A DNA stretch of 51,022 nucleotides, filler included, from Catajapyx aquilonaris (Eukaryota), in assembly GCA_000934665.2 (NCBI GenBank). It is 2 parts of 2 records of this genome, joined end to end, with 100 filler letters (N's around TTAATTAATTAA, not from the genome) between each part and the next. Parts side by side here need not be neighbours in the genome. Positions count along the whole stretch, not along the records: positions 25,510 to 51,022 come from JYFJ02005367.1; 1 more part is not named here. The stretch is one strand, 5' to 3'. Shown one piece after another: positions 48,100-51,022 of this stretch. The translations under genes were made by a program, and so were the position numbers. Under the pieces are notes generated by a model. That model searched no databases. It was not told the DNA's origin and worked only from the letters and a program-made list of their open reading frames with translations. Position 1 is the first letter of the stretch, and every line of letters starts with the position of its first letter.

Positions 48100-48650
48100 G
48101 CATGCAAATCGAAGAGGACGTATCCAGTGGGTGGGAGAGGAAGCTGCTGATGTTCGCATTTCCCGCCAGATGTCTCAGGGTGCCCAACCTCACCCCAAAT
48201 ATTTTATCGGTTTTTTGTCCCAATTTAAATTATTTTCCAGATTGCGTCGTTTTTCGTGCCGATGTCGGGTTAAACGGGCGTGTTGTTGTAAACAACCGGA
48301 TTCAAGGAGAAAGCAACAGACAAATCTTTATTGCGTAGGTGTTGTGGTCCCCGTAGCTTCGGTTGTGACGTCACGCGCCAAGTGGTGCAACAAGCAGCTG
48401 TTTGCCCCCAATTAGCAGCTACCAGCCACATTAGTCACTAACAGTGTACGTGACAGCGTTTCATCGGCAGACAGCCACATTTTGGTGATTTAATGAGCGG
48501 TGCAGCGCAAATTAGTGCGGCTGCTTGGCACAAAAGAGCTTCAATGCTGCTGCAACTGCGCTTGAAGTGAATGACGCAGGTTACTGGCCGCATTAGCTGT
48601 TTTGTGTCTGCCTAGCCGTTGCGCTGCTTCCGGCCCCCCCGTCCGAGCTC
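48100..48650. promoter_or_regulatory. Probable bidirectional CpG-rich promoter
   Basis: CpG-dense; palindromic CRE TGACGTCA at 48366-48373; lies between the FAM210B start (-) and a + strand GC-rich segment ending in CAG|GTGAGG at 48999. Confidence 0.5.
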
Positions 48651-49644
48651 GTCCATCTTGGATTCGTTCTCTCTGCGTCGATCGTTTTTCCAGCCGTCGT
48701 TTTTGGGTCGTTTCCACTGGAAAAGAGTCGCCTTTTGACCCTTTCATCGCTGCAGCCCAGCCCAGCCTTCTTCCCCACTGTTCGTTGGGCCCCTCTTGGT
48801 TGGCCCTCTTCATTCGCACAAGTTTGGTTGCTTGGAAGCCCCCGCTTTTCTTTTCCTTAGGGCACTCGTCGGAGGCGCCGGTTTACTTTTTTTTTTTAAC
48901 GCCTCGTCGAGGGAGGCTGCACGGGGCAGGAGGGAGCCGTGGAATAGGGAGGCCCAGCCTTGGTCTTCGTCAAACTGCGAGGGAAACCTTACAGAGCAGG
49001 TGAGGAGGAGGAGGAGGAGGAGGCCTAGTGGCTTGGGCTAACGGTCGATTCGCACCCGTCATTGCATTCCAAGCAGGCTTCAGAAGCTCAACAATATATT
49101 AAGAAAGCAAGGGTTCTAAGCTTGCTGGGGGAAGGAAGCCAAGCCCAGGTGTGAATGGTCTGTGACCCTGACTGGATGTATTGATTTTAGGCTGGGCATG
49201 AATAAGGCAGTTGGGTCTGGCAAAGGCTGCTCTCCTTGGAGAAGGGGCAAACCCATAATAATTAGAGCTTGGAAATATAATCATCGGTGATTCTGATTTA
49301 CATATACATTGTACTCCTGATTATCCGTGTGTCCCCAAAAATAAAATTTAAAATGCAAGTCCGAAAAAATGCCCCCAGTGTGAATATGTGTCCCCAATGG
49401 AAAAATTTAAGACCTTTTTCTAGAAGACAAAGTAAAAATCTATTGCAAGTTTTATTGTTTTGATTCAACCAAGCAGCATACTCTCTACGCAGTAGTACAC
49501 TGTTGGATGTAAATTGAGGCATTCTGCTAGTGACATTTTCCGAAGCGGGAATCTTGCATTCTGCCGATTCGGAAAATGTTGCTAGCCACCAGTGCCTCGA
49601 ATGCCTTGATTAATGTCCCACACTGCACATTAATAACATTGTCC

Positions 49645-49810
49645 GGCGGCACGGTGGTGTAGTGGGTAACGCCAAAGCCTTCCACCTCAGAGGTCCCGGG
49701 TTCTATCCCTGGATTGGACTCTGGATGCTTATGTGGATAGCGTTTCGATGGGTTTCGGGTGGGTTTTCTCAGGGTTCGCCAGTTTCCTCCCGCTATCAAA
49801 ATCCATCACA
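49645..49810 (+). mobile_element. tRNA-derived SINE (family B) with V/Meta-type central motif
   Basis: A-box TGGTGTAGTGG (49655-49665), B-box-like GGTTCTATCCC (49699-49709), GTGGGTTTTCTCAGGGTTCGCCAGTTTCCTCCC (49759-49791). Confidence 0.8.
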
Positions 49811-49811
49811 G

Positions 49812-50316
49812 TAGTGTTGTCCGATTGACACTGCACCGGCTACACTCGGTGTAGGGAGGTGACGTCACAGTGCAGCGAGTGTGACCCAGCACTGGGGCCT
49901 CGAATCGGACACCTCCAGTGCAACCCAAGATGGCCGACAGCAGGATTTCCACAGGATCGTGCACAGGATCGTGGGCACCTTGGCGGTTTGACCTTTTTTA
50001 GCTCTTTATAACGACGAGCAATTAATACTTGCACGCTAGGGGACACGGTGGTCTAGTGGCCAGTCCAGGGGCTACTGGCCAGCCAAGCGTAAGGTCCCAG
50101 GTTCAAATCACCCTCCATCCGCCGCCATCTTGCCAGCCCGTCTTCGCGCCTTACACCGCCTGCCCCACCTTCTCCACTGGTGCAGCGAGTGCAGCCCCCC
50201 GCTTGCACTTGTGCAGTTACACTGGCGAATCGGACACGCTGCTCCCGGTGAATCGGACGCTTTTTCCTGCACGAGTGTACACTGGCTACACCAGTGCAAT
50301 CAATCGGACAACACTA
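49812..50316. mobile_element. MITE with perfect 17-bp terminal inverted repeats
   Basis: TAGTGTTGTCCGATTGA (49812-49828) / TCAATCGGACAACACTA (50300-50316); internal AATCGGAC repeats. Confidence 0.8.
50039..50112 (+). mobile_element. tRNA-like SINE head / tRNA pseudogene inside the MITE
   Basis: A-box TGGTCTAGTGG (50049-50059), B-box GGTTCAAATC (50100-50109); no proper cloverleaf. Confidence 0.6.
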
Positions 50317-51022
50317 GTAAAGGCAATGATTAAAGTTGGTCAAAAGGTGATCCCCTAAAAAGACCAAGGAGGCTTATCACGGGATATCCATCATTATTAA
50401 GGTGGAAATGAAGCGACTTGCTAATCAAATGAGAGTCCAGAATTGGAATGTTAATAAGAAGGGCTAAAATCAGGGAAACATACGCAACCGATGCAGCAGT
50501 AAATGCTGTTCAATCCTATGCATTCCATTCGAATCTGCGTTTTAAACTCGATTTAATATGGGCCCATTACCGGCTGCAAGTTATTGTGCGCAAGCGCAAT
50601 TGTCACGGCTGCCAACTTAAACATGGTATTTGGAGGTGTGCTTAATATTTGTTATTTTTGATGGAAATCGATTTTATTCGGTCGTAATTAGGAGGTTCCA
50701 ATTTGTCATGGCATTTTTAAAAGTTTAGTTCCGAAAGGGGAGCCTGTAGCTCTTCATTTGTGTCGGATTTGGAACACGTTCCGTTGGTACGCGTGTGAGA
50801 GGTAGAAGCGGCAACACAGCAAAGATCCGGGCCAATTATCACGTAGCAATGTGACGTCATTGCCGGGTGGATTCGAATGATTCGATTATTATATTATAAT
50901 TACAACTATATAAACTAATATAACTGTTCTGACGTCTGACAAACACCCCCGCCAAACGAAAATCCTGTGTGAGCCATTGTGAAAACCATCATACTAACTT
51001 GCACTCATATTTGGCGGTCGTA

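Noticed and set aside
1..51022. CRISPR array or other prokaryotic system
   Set aside because: No repeat-spacer array; spliced genes and SINEs show an animal genome

Overview
Eukaryotic (invertebrate, arthropod-like by the protein sequences) genomic window, apparently two contigs joined by an artificial 100-bp linker (44 N + TTAATTAATTAA + 44 N at 25410-25509). Left of the linker I find no convincing gene, only tRNA-derived SINEs with target-site duplications, palindromes, a ~150-bp tandem array and nested inverted repeats. Right of it: (1) the last coding exon of Mediator subunit MED23 (+), missed by the ORF track, with a U12-type branch point; (2) a GAF-GAF-PDEase gene of the PDE10A/pde-5 family (+, ~29179-45720, 16 coding exons per transcript, ~994 aa by my splicing); (3) a convergent FAM210B gene (-); (4) a probable bidirectional CpG-rich promoter and a nested SINE/MITE. 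The most interesting feature is a pair of tandem, paralogous 81-nt exons (42528-42608 and 43315-43395), each encoding the M-loop-to-invariant-Gln segment of the PDE catalytic pocket. They look like mutually exclusive exons and share an identical intronic 10-mer at the same +56 offset. All gene models are manual splice reconstructions without transcript evidence; comparisons to human/fly proteins are from memory and were not searched.
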